From Candidatus Babeliales bacterium (GTDB lineage Bacteria > Babelota > Babeliae > Babelales > JBFXEV01): 64,000 bases of DNA. Below the pieces are notes generated by a model, which was not told the origin of the DNA, ran no database searches, and worked only from the letters and a program-made list of their open reading frames with translations. Shown here piece after piece: positions 43,742 to 52,266 of the stretch. The position numbers were made by a program, and so were the translations under genes. Each line of letters opens with the position of its first letter. Positions within the stretch are counted from its first letter, which is position 1. Location: NCBI GenBank assembly GCA_050179755.1, contig JBFXEV010000001.1, forward strand, positions 613,940-677,939. Direction: 5' to 3'.

Positions 43742-44593
43742 TCAATGCCACGTCCCGGCATAGTAATGTATTGCCATCGTTTCTGGTTGAATAAGTATCT
43801 TATTTGACCAAGAAAAAAAGAAGTTACTAGGGAATATTATGTTTATTCCGGGGCATTCAGGCATATATGTATGGACCACACTGGTAAAAAAATCAGGCCC
43901 AACCCGATCTAATAAGTTGCTATTATTACGATAATTGGGAAGCTCCTCAATTATTTTTTGCATTAACGGGTGGTGTGGTGAACAGGCAATAATGCCATTT
44001 GCAAGACGCGCTTTATTTTTAAGCCGCTTGATTTCAAGAAGCCCTGCATAAAAATCACAATAATGATGTAGCCAATCAAATGGCTTAATACATTCAAAAT
44101 CTATATCAACGTAGAGGCCCCCAAATTGCTCTAATATTTCATAACGAAGAATGTCAGATTTTGCACCCCAATTTAATTCAAGATCGTAGTACTTTTGATT
44201 AATGAGTGTAATGTTTTTGAGATCCTCATTAGTCCATAATTTATATTCCCAATCAGGATTTAATTTTAACCAGCTTTTTTGCCATTTTTTGCAATGTTCA
44301 GGGAACGGTTTAGGGCCAATCCAAATTTGATGAATAATTTTTGGTATGCGGATTCTTTGATAATCTTCTTTATTAGAAACTATATGTTCTTGATATTGCT
44401 GCCGAAAAAATTCAAAAGGAATAGCTGCCGGATGACGTTTTGTGACGAGATTTTTATAAGTTTGTTCATCTATGCTGTGGCATACCATTGCTCTATCAAA
44501 AGATGGTATTTGTTGTTGTTTCTTGCTATTTGCTGATATCAGTGTGCAAAAAAAAAGGAAGAATGCTGTTTGTTTTTTTTTATTGAACTTCAT
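43742..44593 (-). CDS. Anchored GT32-type glycosyltransferase (Gly_transf_sug, DXD motif)
   Basis: MKFNKKKQTAFFLFFCTLISA leader. IPKIIHQIWIGPKPFP, NPDWEYKLWTNEDL, SDILRYEILEQFGGLYVDIDFE. Confidence 0.82.
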   Translation of the reverse strand: MKFNKKKQTAFFLFFCTLISANSKKQQQIPSFDRAMVCHSIDEQTYKNLVTKRHPAAIPFEFFRQQYQEHIVSNKEDYQRIRIPKIIHQIWIGPKPFPEHCKKWQKSWLKLNPDWEYKLWTNEDLKNITLINQKYYDLELNWGAKSDILRYEILEQFGGLYVDIDFECIKPFDWLHHYCDFYAGLLEIKRLKNKARLANGIIACSPHHPLMQKIIEELPNYRNNSNLLDRVGPDFFTSVVHTYMPECPGINIIFPSNFFFSWSNKILIQPETMAIHYYAGTWH

Positions 44594-45284
44594 GTAAGTC
44601 CTCTAATTTCCAAAGAGCTAAACTCTTAGTTATATACACAATATTAGTGTATTTTATTTCTTCAGTAATAAGTGCCAAAGGTTTTGGAAAATTAAAAGGT
44701 GATATTTCCAAATTGAGAGGTCTCCAGCCACCTACTTTTGGAATATCTTTATTTACAAGACAGCCTGGAAAAGTAGTAGTTAATAAATAGCGCGCACCAG
44801 ATGATTTAAAGTTTCTAAGTGCAGTCCAGATTTCTTCATAGGGAAAATGTACTAAACAGTCTCTGCACATTATTAAATCAGCTTTAGGTAATACATCTGT
44901 AAGAATGTTTGCATGAAAAAAACTTTTTTTTAGATCGGTAAAATGTGATTGATTTTTGGTAATAAGATCATCAACTATATCGATACCTATATAGTGATCT
45001 AATGCCGATAAATCTACATGTTGCAGCCAATTAAAATCGCCACAAGGAGCGTCTAAAAATACTTTAACTTTGTATGATTTTAGTAATTTAGGTATTTCTT
45101 GACGAATTTTTTGTGTTTCTTTGAGAGTTGAGCCTGGTCCAGAAACCGATTCTTTACTGCCCCAAGCATTTTGCTCATAAATAGTAGTAAAAATAGTTTC
45201 TGCTTCATTATTTAAAGCAAGACACGTAGGTGAGATAATACTTAAAAATAAGCATACGCGTATGTTTATTAAAAATTTGTTCAT
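44580..45284 (-). CDS. Exported class I SAM-dependent methyltransferase
   Basis: ATG 45282-45284 after GAAGG (the track start is TTG four codons earlier). Signal MNKFLINIRVCLFLSIISPTCLA. VFLDAPCGDFNW (motif I), IGIDIVD, DLIMCRDCLVH. 14-nt overlap with the GT32 start. Confidence 0.75.
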   Translation of the reverse strand: MNKFLINIRVCLFLSIISPTCLALNNEAETIFTTIYEQNAWGSKESVSGPGSTLKETQKIRQEIPKLLKSYKVKVFLDAPCGDFNWLQHVDLSALDHYIGIDIVDDLITKNQSHFTDLKKSFFHANILTDVLPKADLIMCRDCLVHFPYEEIWTALRNFKSSGARYLLTTTFPGCLVNKDIPKVGGWRPLNLEISPFNFPKPLALITEEIKYTNIVYITKSLALWKLEDLHEVQ

Positions 45285-45674
45285 TGCAACCTTCAATTTT
45301 TATGTGGTTTACTTTATATTACGAGACTACAACGCGAGCCTTTTTTAAGTCAATGGTTTATAAAAAAATAAGTATGTATGCGGCTATTATAGATGGCTTT
45401 AAGTCAAGGTTTGTTGCAAGATTGTGTAAGAGAGGTTTATCAATTATTAGTAATTGTGTGACATAGTGTAAATGAATTGCGTTAATACTGCATTATCTTT
45501 ATAAATTCTTACTGTTCAATTTAAGTAAAAGTTGGGTATTGTCATAGTAACCGCTCAAAATTTTAGGGGGAGTATTAGCTGAAAAATTTGCTTTTAGACT
45601 AATTATTTGCAAAGCTCATCAACGCTCATTAGAATATGTATCATATGATATAAATAAATTGGAGAAAAAGTTAT

Positions 45675-47252
45675 ATGGTACATTATATTACAAAACTTCG
45701 TTTAGTTTTGTGCATGGCAATAGTAATAGCGGGTGTGTTAATTGCAAAAACTTTACACCATCCTAAAGAATTGCCGCTTGTTATATCTGTTTGTGCTTAT
45801 AACGATGCGCGCTGGGTGGAAAAAAATCTTGATTCTATTTTTATGCAAAAATATTCCAATTATCATGTGGTGTATATTGATGATGCATCTACTGATAATA
45901 CTCCCGAAATAGTAAAAGAATACATTGCCAGGCACCATTTGGAAGATAAAATAACCTTACAGGTAAATCCTACGCGCTGTCGCAAGATGCAGAATATATA
46001 TAATTTATTTCATGCTTGTGATGATCATGATATCATTGTGCAAGTTGATGCGGATGATTGGTTGCCACATGATCAAATATTTTCTTTAATTAATAGTAAA
46101 TATCAAAATGAAAATATATGGCTCACCTATGGTCAATTTAGGGGTTATCCTAATAATAGAACGGGCCCTGTTAGAGCATTGCCCGAGCATGTAGTTGCAA
46201 CGGGAACATTTAGAGAATGGGGTTGGGAGTATCTTCATTTACGTACGTTTTATGCATGGTTATTTAAGAGTATTAAGTTAGAAGATTTTATTTCAGAGCT
46301 AACACCAGGGTTTGAGGGTAAATTTTTCCCGGTACAAAATGATAGCGCTTCTTATTATCCTATGCTTGAAATGGCAGGAAATAGAATAGAGTTTATTCCA
46401 GATATAACATATATATACAATGAAACTAATCCTTTGTGTGGAGTGCGGGTTGACTTTAAGTTGCATGAAAATACTGGTATTGATATTAAGAAGAATAGAA
46501 AAAAATATGCAAAACTAGACGCGCCCATTTATAACAGACTTGATGAGTTTCAAGGTGCTCAAGCTGATTTAATTATTCTGGCTCAAGATCCTTACAAAAA
46601 CTTGCTTGTACTGCTTGATTCAACATCTAAATTAAAGGGCATAAAAGACATATATGTAGTAGGTAACGAGCTTAATAAAACTGACTTGGAATCGCTGCAA
46701 TCTCGTTATACGAACGTTCGATTTATTTCGGCCCTTAAGGATACTTTTTGTGCCACATTACGTATGGCATTGCAAAAATGTAAGCAACAACATGTTGTAT
46801 TGTGTACTGATGCCCTATTTGTGCAGGATCCTATAGATGTGTGTCAGTGCATATTAGAATTAGAAAAAACATTCGCACATGGTTTTTATTTAGGTTTTTC
46901 TCATGCTGGTTTCCCCTTTAATAATGAAAACACTGATGCAAGACTAATGGATCAGCATGTACATGATAATATCTATACATGGAAATTTAATTGTAGTTAT
47001 GATCAGTTATGTAATAATATTGATATGACCTTATTACGTAAGCAAAGCGTATTGAAAGATCTTAATCAGATTGAGCAAAAGTTATCAGATGATAACATGC
47101 AATCTTTCATAATTTCATGGCAAAACAAGGAACATTCCAATATGAAAAATATCGGCTTGTTTTTTGATACGTTAAAAGTAGGTGGTTTGCATAGTCAACC
47201 ACAGCAAACATTGCTTGCTTATAATGCGCGAGGGAAGAATTTAATAATATAA
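45675..47252 (+). CDS. Membrane-anchored family 2 glycosyltransferase with an unassigned C-terminal domain (paralog 2)
   Basis: GGAGAAAAAG RBS. TM LRLVLCMAIVIAGVLIA. LVISVCAYNDARWVEKNLDSIFMQKYSNYHVVYIDDASTDNT, DADDWL. Collinear with 41232-42866. Confidence 0.8.
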   Translation: MVHYITKLRLVLCMAIVIAGVLIAKTLHHPKELPLVISVCAYNDARWVEKNLDSIFMQKYSNYHVVYIDDASTDNTPEIVKEYIARHHLEDKITLQVNPTRCRKMQNIYNLFHACDDHDIIVQVDADDWLPHDQIFSLINSKYQNENIWLTYGQFRGYPNNRTGPVRALPEHVVATGTFREWGWEYLHLRTFYAWLFKSIKLEDFISELTPGFEGKFFPVQNDSASYYPMLEMAGNRIEFIPDITYIYNETNPLCGVRVDFKLHENTGIDIKKNRKKYAKLDAPIYNRLDEFQGAQADLIILAQDPYKNLLVLLDSTSKLKGIKDIYVVGNELNKTDLESLQSRYTNVRFISALKDTFCATLRMALQKCKQQHVVLCTDALFVQDPIDVCQCILELEKTFAHGFYLGFSHAGFPFNNENTDARLMDQHVHDNIYTWKFNCSYDQLCNNIDMTLLRKQSVLKDLNQIEQKLSDDNMQSFIISWQNKEHSNMKNIGLFFDTLKVGGLHSQPQQTLLAYNARGKNLII

Positions 47253-47282
47253 TTTTTGCATATGGTAAATAAGGAATATGCG

Positions 47283-48713
47283 ATGTCGACTAGTCTTTTT
47301 AAGCGACAATGCACTAATACGTTCTTTTTTGGAGCAACCGCCATTTTTACAAAGGGCATTTGGCTTATTGCAATGCCCACTATTCTCAATAAACTTACCG
47401 TGCACGATGTTGGCGTATTTGATTTTTACCAATCCATATTTTTGATTGGTAGTTTAATGATATCTTCATTGACTGCACAGCCACTTCTCCGATTTTATCT
47501 TAAACACCGTAATGAACCAGATTTGCAGCGTGCCACCATTGGAGCAAGCAGTGTAATTATTGCGCTGTGCACAGCACTTTGCTTTGTGTTCGCGGCCCTA
47601 ACATTTGCGCGTTATAGTTTTTGTGGTGATTGTTATTACGTGATGTTTCTTTTTGTAAATGCGGGGCTATTTGCATGTTTTTCATGTGCAACGTCGTTTT
47701 ATCAGATTCGTGAACGCATACAAGAATATGTGTTGCTTTATAGCGCGCAAAGTATTTTGGCATTAGCACTTGTGTTTACAGGCTTGCGTCTTGGGTATGG
47801 CATGCCGGTACTATTTTGGGCTAATAGCATTTCTTATTTATTATGTATGCCAGCGCTGCGCGTGTTTTTTACGCACATTCGTTTGTGTGATACGCGCGCT
47901 GTATACGAGCAACTTGTGTTTGGTATGCCGCTGTTTGCTTATAATATACTCTATATGTTATTGTTTGCGGTGGATCGTTGGTATTTGGCGGCAACGCAAG
48001 GCTATGAGATAGTGGGTGTATACGCGATATTGTGGTATTTTGGTAGAATTTTTGTCTATGGCACTTTAGCGCTTTATGAAGCAAGTCCTATACTATTGTA
48101 TAATGTGCAGCACGAGCATGATGGCAATCGCATTATTGCGCGAACTATTAAGTATATTACTCTCGCGTATGTGACTGGCGCATTAATGGTTACACCCTGC
48201 GCTTATATACTGCTTTCACAATTTTTGCCAGCGTATAAGCATTTGATTTGCTATGTGCCGCTCTTTATTACGCCACTTTTGTTTATAGAGACGGGCAAAT
48301 TTTGGCAAGCGGGATTTAACTTGGCAACTCAAACAAAGCATATTCCTTTTATTACGTTGAGCACTCTACTTTTACAACTTGGCGGGCTTTATTTCTTAGG
48401 CCAGTGGGGATTGGTTGGTGTGCTGTATGCCAATGGTTTTGCCTTTATGTGTTATGCCCTCATGAATGCTGTTGGCAGCGCGTATATATATGATAAAATG
48501 CTATTTGACGTGCGGGAGCTGGGCACTATGTTTGTGCTCTATGGTATTTATACCTTATTTTTTTGGTACGCACTCTCTACCCCCTTTCCTATCGTATGCT
48601 TTTTTGTAGGGGCCTTTACCTGGCCGATTGTGCTATGGTTTTCAGGGGTTTTGTCAGCCGACGAAAAGGTGTATATATTACAAATATTCAAAAAAATGTT
48701 GCCAGTGGCTTAG
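47283..48713 (+). CDS. Polysaccharide/oligosaccharide flippase (Wzx-like, MOP superfamily)
   Basis: ATG 47283 six nt after AAGGAA (the track ORF starts at TTG 47256). About 12-14 hydrophobic segments throughout. Visibly higher G+C than the preceding GT genes. Confidence 0.7.
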   Translation: MSTSLFKRQCTNTFFFGATAIFTKGIWLIAMPTILNKLTVHDVGVFDFYQSIFLIGSLMISSLTAQPLLRFYLKHRNEPDLQRATIGASSVIIALCTALCFVFAALTFARYSFCGDCYYVMFLFVNAGLFACFSCATSFYQIRERIQEYVLLYSAQSILALALVFTGLRLGYGMPVLFWANSISYLLCMPALRVFFTHIRLCDTRAVYEQLVFGMPLFAYNILYMLLFAVDRWYLAATQGYEIVGVYAILWYFGRIFVYGTLALYEASPILLYNVQHEHDGNRIIARTIKYITLAYVTGALMVTPCAYILLSQFLPAYKHLICYVPLFITPLLFIETGKFWQAGFNLATQTKHIPFITLSTLLLQLGGLYFLGQWGLVGVLYANGFAFMCYALMNAVGSAYIYDKMLFDVRELGTMFVLYGIYTLFFWYALSTPFPIVCFFVGAFTWPIVLWFSGVLSADEKVYILQIFKKMLPVA

Positions 48714-48777
48714 ATACTAGACATTTTTTGGAACTTGATTATGCTTAGTACTGTTCTTATTCAAAACTAACTAAATT

Positions 48778-48850
48778 AATGAGCCAAGTTCAGGCTCGTG
48801 AGAGTTGCGGTGCGTATGCCAATCAAATGGCAAGAAGCATCGCTTTTTCG
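48778..48850 (+). repeat. Possible degenerate GC-rich repeat family 1 copy F
   Basis: AATGAGCCAAGTTCAGGCTCGTGAGAGTTGCGGTGCG aligns loosely with copy E (AATGGCCAAGCCAGGCGTAGCTTTTGCGAAG). Confidence 0.3.
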
Positions 48851-48911
48851 TTCTTAACAGACAAAAGCTCTTATGGGATTTTGAACCAACACTTTAACAC
48901 AACGAGGAACT

Positions 48912-49466
48912 ATGAATAAGCAAATTATGGCAGTAGTAATGTGTGCGGCAATCACTTTTTCCGGTGAAATTTCGGCTGCAAAGCAGCTTTATGATCAACA
49001 TGACCGTAAAGCAATAGAAACGTGGGTTGCAAATTATTACAAGTCACTTTCTTCTCAACAAAAACAAGCTATTCTTGCAATAAGTAAAGCAAATCTTAAA
49101 ATGCTTGAAACAAGTAAAATAGCCTTGCAACATCACTCCGCCAAGGAGTTATTCACCCCCGCAGAATTGAAACGTTTAATGCAATTCTGGACGCAAAGTG
49201 GTGAACTCATTAAAGACCAAGGAGCTCTTGAAGTCCTTGATGTCGCTTGTGCGCTGAATGCACTAACCCAATTAAGACTTAATTGGTTTAAAAAAATTGT
49301 AACAACTTATCAAAAAGAACCTGGAATGATGGAAAACATTGGTGCTTACTTTACAGAAAAAGGTAAATATAAACTGTATCGTGAACTAAATATGTTATTT
49401 AAATCAACAAAAGAAATAATTGAGCAATGTATGCTCTTTGAACAAGAATTGTTAAAATCGTTTTAA
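48912..49466 (+). CDS. Hypothetical exported helical protein (184 aa)
   Basis: GAGGAA RBS. Signal MNKQIMAVVMCAAITFSGEISA. No family recognised. Confidence 0.55.
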   Translation: MNKQIMAVVMCAAITFSGEISAAKQLYDQHDRKAIETWVANYYKSLSSQQKQAILAISKANLKMLETSKIALQHHSAKELFTPAELKRLMQFWTQSGELIKDQGALEVLDVACALNALTQLRLNWFKKIVTTYQKEPGMMENIGAYFTEKGKYKLYRELNMLFKSTKEIIEQCMLFEQELLKSF

Positions 49467-49476
49467 TTATAAAAAT

Positions 49477-50496
49477 ATGAAATATTACATGAAACATATA
49501 GGTAAAATATTGGTGGTTGCACTGTTATGTGCAACCACGTTTGTGCAAGCTGAAGTATCTGTGCAAGAAAAAATAAACAATAAACTTGAGCATTATATTG
49601 CTCCTGAGAATCAGGCAAAGTTTTTAGAGTTAGATGCTTTTTTGATTCATAATGGTGCTCCAGAGCAGCGTGCTTTAATGAATGAGATTGATAAAAATAT
49701 AGTTTTACTAGCGCGTACCTATCTCAATTTTTTTGATAATTTAATAATAAGCAATGAAGATTTAATTCTAGAAATAGGCCAAATCTGCAGTGAGGATAAT
49801 CCAGCTCATATAGATAGGGCACTTGAGCTAACAGGAACTTGTTTTGCTTTGGGTGACGTATTTAATGCGGTAGTTAAATGTGCCAATGATAAAGGAATGG
49901 CTGCAGTGGATACAAGAACGTTTACCACAAGCGGCCAATACATATGCTTTTTTGAAGAGTTAGTAGCATGCTCATGCGCTATATCTGAGTGTTTGGCTCG
50001 TGCGTGCGGAGAAAGTAAGCAACGAGTTTCTTTACATCCTTTATCTAGTGATGAATCAAATGAAATTATAAAAACATTTTCAGATCAGTTTAATGCACTC
50101 ACACTGCAAAGCCAGTTGTTACTCAAAAAAATTGTGCGTCCTCTTAATGATTGTATGCAACAAGCTAAAGAAATGCAGTTGACTTTATTTGATAAGTCTT
50201 TGTATTTTCTGGACATGATGAAGTTGCAGCAACAAATTGATTTTGACTCTGTTATACTGCAATTTTTCGCACATCGAGTTAACACACTTCAAAGAAGATA
50301 TGAATTCAATGAAGAATTATTAAAACTGACTCAAGAATATAATGAATTCAACAGAATTTTTAATAAGCCAAAGCAGGAAGATATAATGCAACTCCTGCAT
50401 ATGTGTAAGCGTGCGATGAAAATGACTCAAGAGTATTTGGAAACTGTTCTGCAAAAACTTGATACTGTTGAAACACAAATAGCCGTATTATCTTAG
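49477..50496 (+). CDS. Hypothetical exported helical protein (339 aa), paralog of 50624-51553
   Basis: Signal GKILVVALLCATTFVQA. The segment FLELDAFLIHNGAPEQRALMNEIDKNIVLLARTY aligns by eye with YFALENYLAHEASEDVRKMVRVLEQDTFKIMHMY of the next gene. Confidence 0.6.
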   Translation: MKYYMKHIGKILVVALLCATTFVQAEVSVQEKINNKLEHYIAPENQAKFLELDAFLIHNGAPEQRALMNEIDKNIVLLARTYLNFFDNLIISNEDLILEIGQICSEDNPAHIDRALELTGTCFALGDVFNAVVKCANDKGMAAVDTRTFTTSGQYICFFEELVACSCAISECLARACGESKQRVSLHPLSSDESNEIIKTFSDQFNALTLQSQLLLKKIVRPLNDCMQQAKEMQLTLFDKSLYFLDMMKLQQQIDFDSVILQFFAHRVNTLQRRYEFNEELLKLTQEYNEFNRIFNKPKQEDIMQLLHMCKRAMKMTQEYLETVLQKLDTVETQIAVLS

Positions 50497-50523
50497 TCGC
50501 GCATTAATAAATAATTTTTTATG

Positions 50524-50557
50524 GCCGGTATGATTTTCTTCATACCGGCTTTTTTTC
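50524..50557 (+). terminator. Rho-independent terminator
   Basis: Perfect 10-bp stem GCCGGTATGA/TCATACCGGC (50524-33 / 50540-49), 6-nt loop, then T7. Confidence 0.85.
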
Positions 50558-50623
50558 TGTAATCCTGCCCAATTTTCTGTTATGCTGATTCAATCTATTT
50601 AAATTAACATCAAAGGAGTCTGC

Positions 50624-51553
50624 ATGTTCACAAATGTAAAGTTTTTACTTTCTACTTTATTATTTACCATTTCTTTCATACAAGCTTATAGTCAGGACAT
50701 GTATTACCAAGACGAGCGTCTAGCAGAGTTTCGCAAGCAAGAAGAAGAGCGGTATTTTGCTCTGGAGAATTATTTAGCGCATGAAGCCTCAGAAGATGTA
50801 AGAAAAATGGTAAGAGTATTGGAGCAAGATACTTTTAAAATAATGCATATGTATGGTGAGATTATTGAAAGTTTAGTGATTAAAACACGCCCTTTAGTAG
50901 AAAAAGCTTGCGCCAATTCAGTAATGCCTGTTTTATCTATCACTGGTAGCATAGGTTCATTATGTATAGAAATTGATGATATTGCTAAAAAATATTTTTT
51001 TATTGAAGAAGAACGTGATTTAATGCAACAAGATGCTATAGAAGAGTTTATTGCTTATATTAATAATAGGCTTGAACAATTTTTTGCTTTGATTGATGGA
51101 CTGTCCAATCACGAAGGACATAGAAATGTTTCTTTGCTAACAATAGATAATGAACTTAAGAATTCAATATACGATCAATTTAATAATATTTTTTTAAAGA
51201 CAGATGCTTTAAGTCAACAAGTATTTAGTATTATGCTTCAAGAAATTAAAGAGTCAATTCCGTTATTACAGCATAGGTATAGTCAATTTTTGCATGATAT
51301 GCTTGTATTGAGAGAGCACGTTAATTGTGATTCAGAAACATTTGTGCTTTTTGTAGATTGTCGATTAGAAAGAATGGGTACCAAATTTAAAGAGTGTTTA
51401 TTTTATCAAGATGAAGAATATGCGAAATATTTTGACATCAGAGCGTTTGAAAATCTAACACCGCAAGATATAACATTATTATTTGCGATGTTTCTTAAAA
51501 ATGTAGATAGGTGTAAAGAAACAGCCTGGCAAGAATATAATAATCTAGTTTAA
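50624..51553 (+). CDS. Hypothetical exported helical protein (309 aa)
   Basis: AAAGGAG RBS. Signal MFTNVKFLLSTLLFTISFIQA. Paralogous to 49477-50496. Confidence 0.6.
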   Translation: MFTNVKFLLSTLLFTISFIQAYSQDMYYQDERLAEFRKQEEERYFALENYLAHEASEDVRKMVRVLEQDTFKIMHMYGEIIESLVIKTRPLVEKACANSVMPVLSITGSIGSLCIEIDDIAKKYFFIEEERDLMQQDAIEEFIAYINNRLEQFFALIDGLSNHEGHRNVSLLTIDNELKNSIYDQFNNIFLKTDALSQQVFSIMLQEIKESIPLLQHRYSQFLHDMLVLREHVNCDSETFVLFVDCRLERMGTKFKECLFYQDEEYAKYFDIRAFENLTPQDITLLFAMFLKNVDRCKETAWQEYNNLV

Positions 51554-52158
51554 TCTATCGTTAGAACAGCAGCATATATTTTTTTATGATAATATGTTTT
51601 TGTTGTTCCTAAATTACATAATAACTTTTTAATTGAGCAGGGCAAAATCATATGATTGCCCTGTTCTTCTTTATTGCGGTAAAATCGCCATACTTCAAAC
51701 ACATTAAATGGATTAAATTCAAGAATAATAAGTTGCCCGTTTGGCGCCAGATGATCGGTGAGTGTTTTTAGCAAGTTCTTACGTTGATCTTTTTGTATGT
51801 GATGAAGAACGTTTGCCATATATATTATATCAAATTGTCCCGCAAAAGATTTTGAAAAGCGAAGCTTTTCATTTTTGGTTCCATACCACCCTTGTGCAAT
51901 TTCAATTAATTCATCTGATGTATCAACGCCTTGAATCTGTGCTTGCGGCAGCAAAGCACTCAGAATATATGCCATGGTGCCATCACCACAACCATAATCA
52001 AGAATAGTTGCAGGGTTAGTGCCCTGTTTATTCAGTATTTTTGTTATAATGTGCGCTTGATATTCAGCAAAAAAAGCAGCTTGCTCTCCAGCGAGTTCTA
52101 ATGCATGCTCCAGTGCCTCTTGATATAAATTATCAGTTCTAAAAGGTTCCATATACAT
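51550..52158 (-). CDS. Class I SAM-dependent methyltransferase (cytoplasmic)
   Basis: ILDYGCGDGTMAY (motif I), GVDTSDELIE, FDIIYMANVLHH. 4-nt convergent overlap with the previous gene. Confidence 0.8.
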   Translation of the reverse strand: MYMEPFRTDNLYQEALEHALELAGEQAAFFAEYQAHIITKILNKQGTNPATILDYGCGDGTMAYILSALLPQAQIQGVDTSDELIEIAQGWYGTKNEKLRFSKSFAGQFDIIYMANVLHHIQKDQRKNLLKTLTDHLAPNGQLIILEFNPFNVFEVWRFYRNKEEQGNHMILPCSIKKLLCNLGTTKTYYHKKIYAAVLTID

Positions 52159-52266
52159 AGTATAGCCTATATTTATAGGAATCCAAACCTGTTTTATTGC
52201 AATTTGTCACTTAGGAGTGGTACTCTGATACTAGAATAGATACCTACTCACTAAAAGAGGGAGAAT

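Noticed and set aside
45297-45674. The 378-nt gap between the methyltransferase and GT2b genes, including track ORF 45284-45466.
   Set aside because: The ORF has no RBS and an implausible composition, and it overlaps the 5' end of the methyltransferase gene. I found no repeats, hairpins or RNA motifs. The gap is probably a divergent promoter region.
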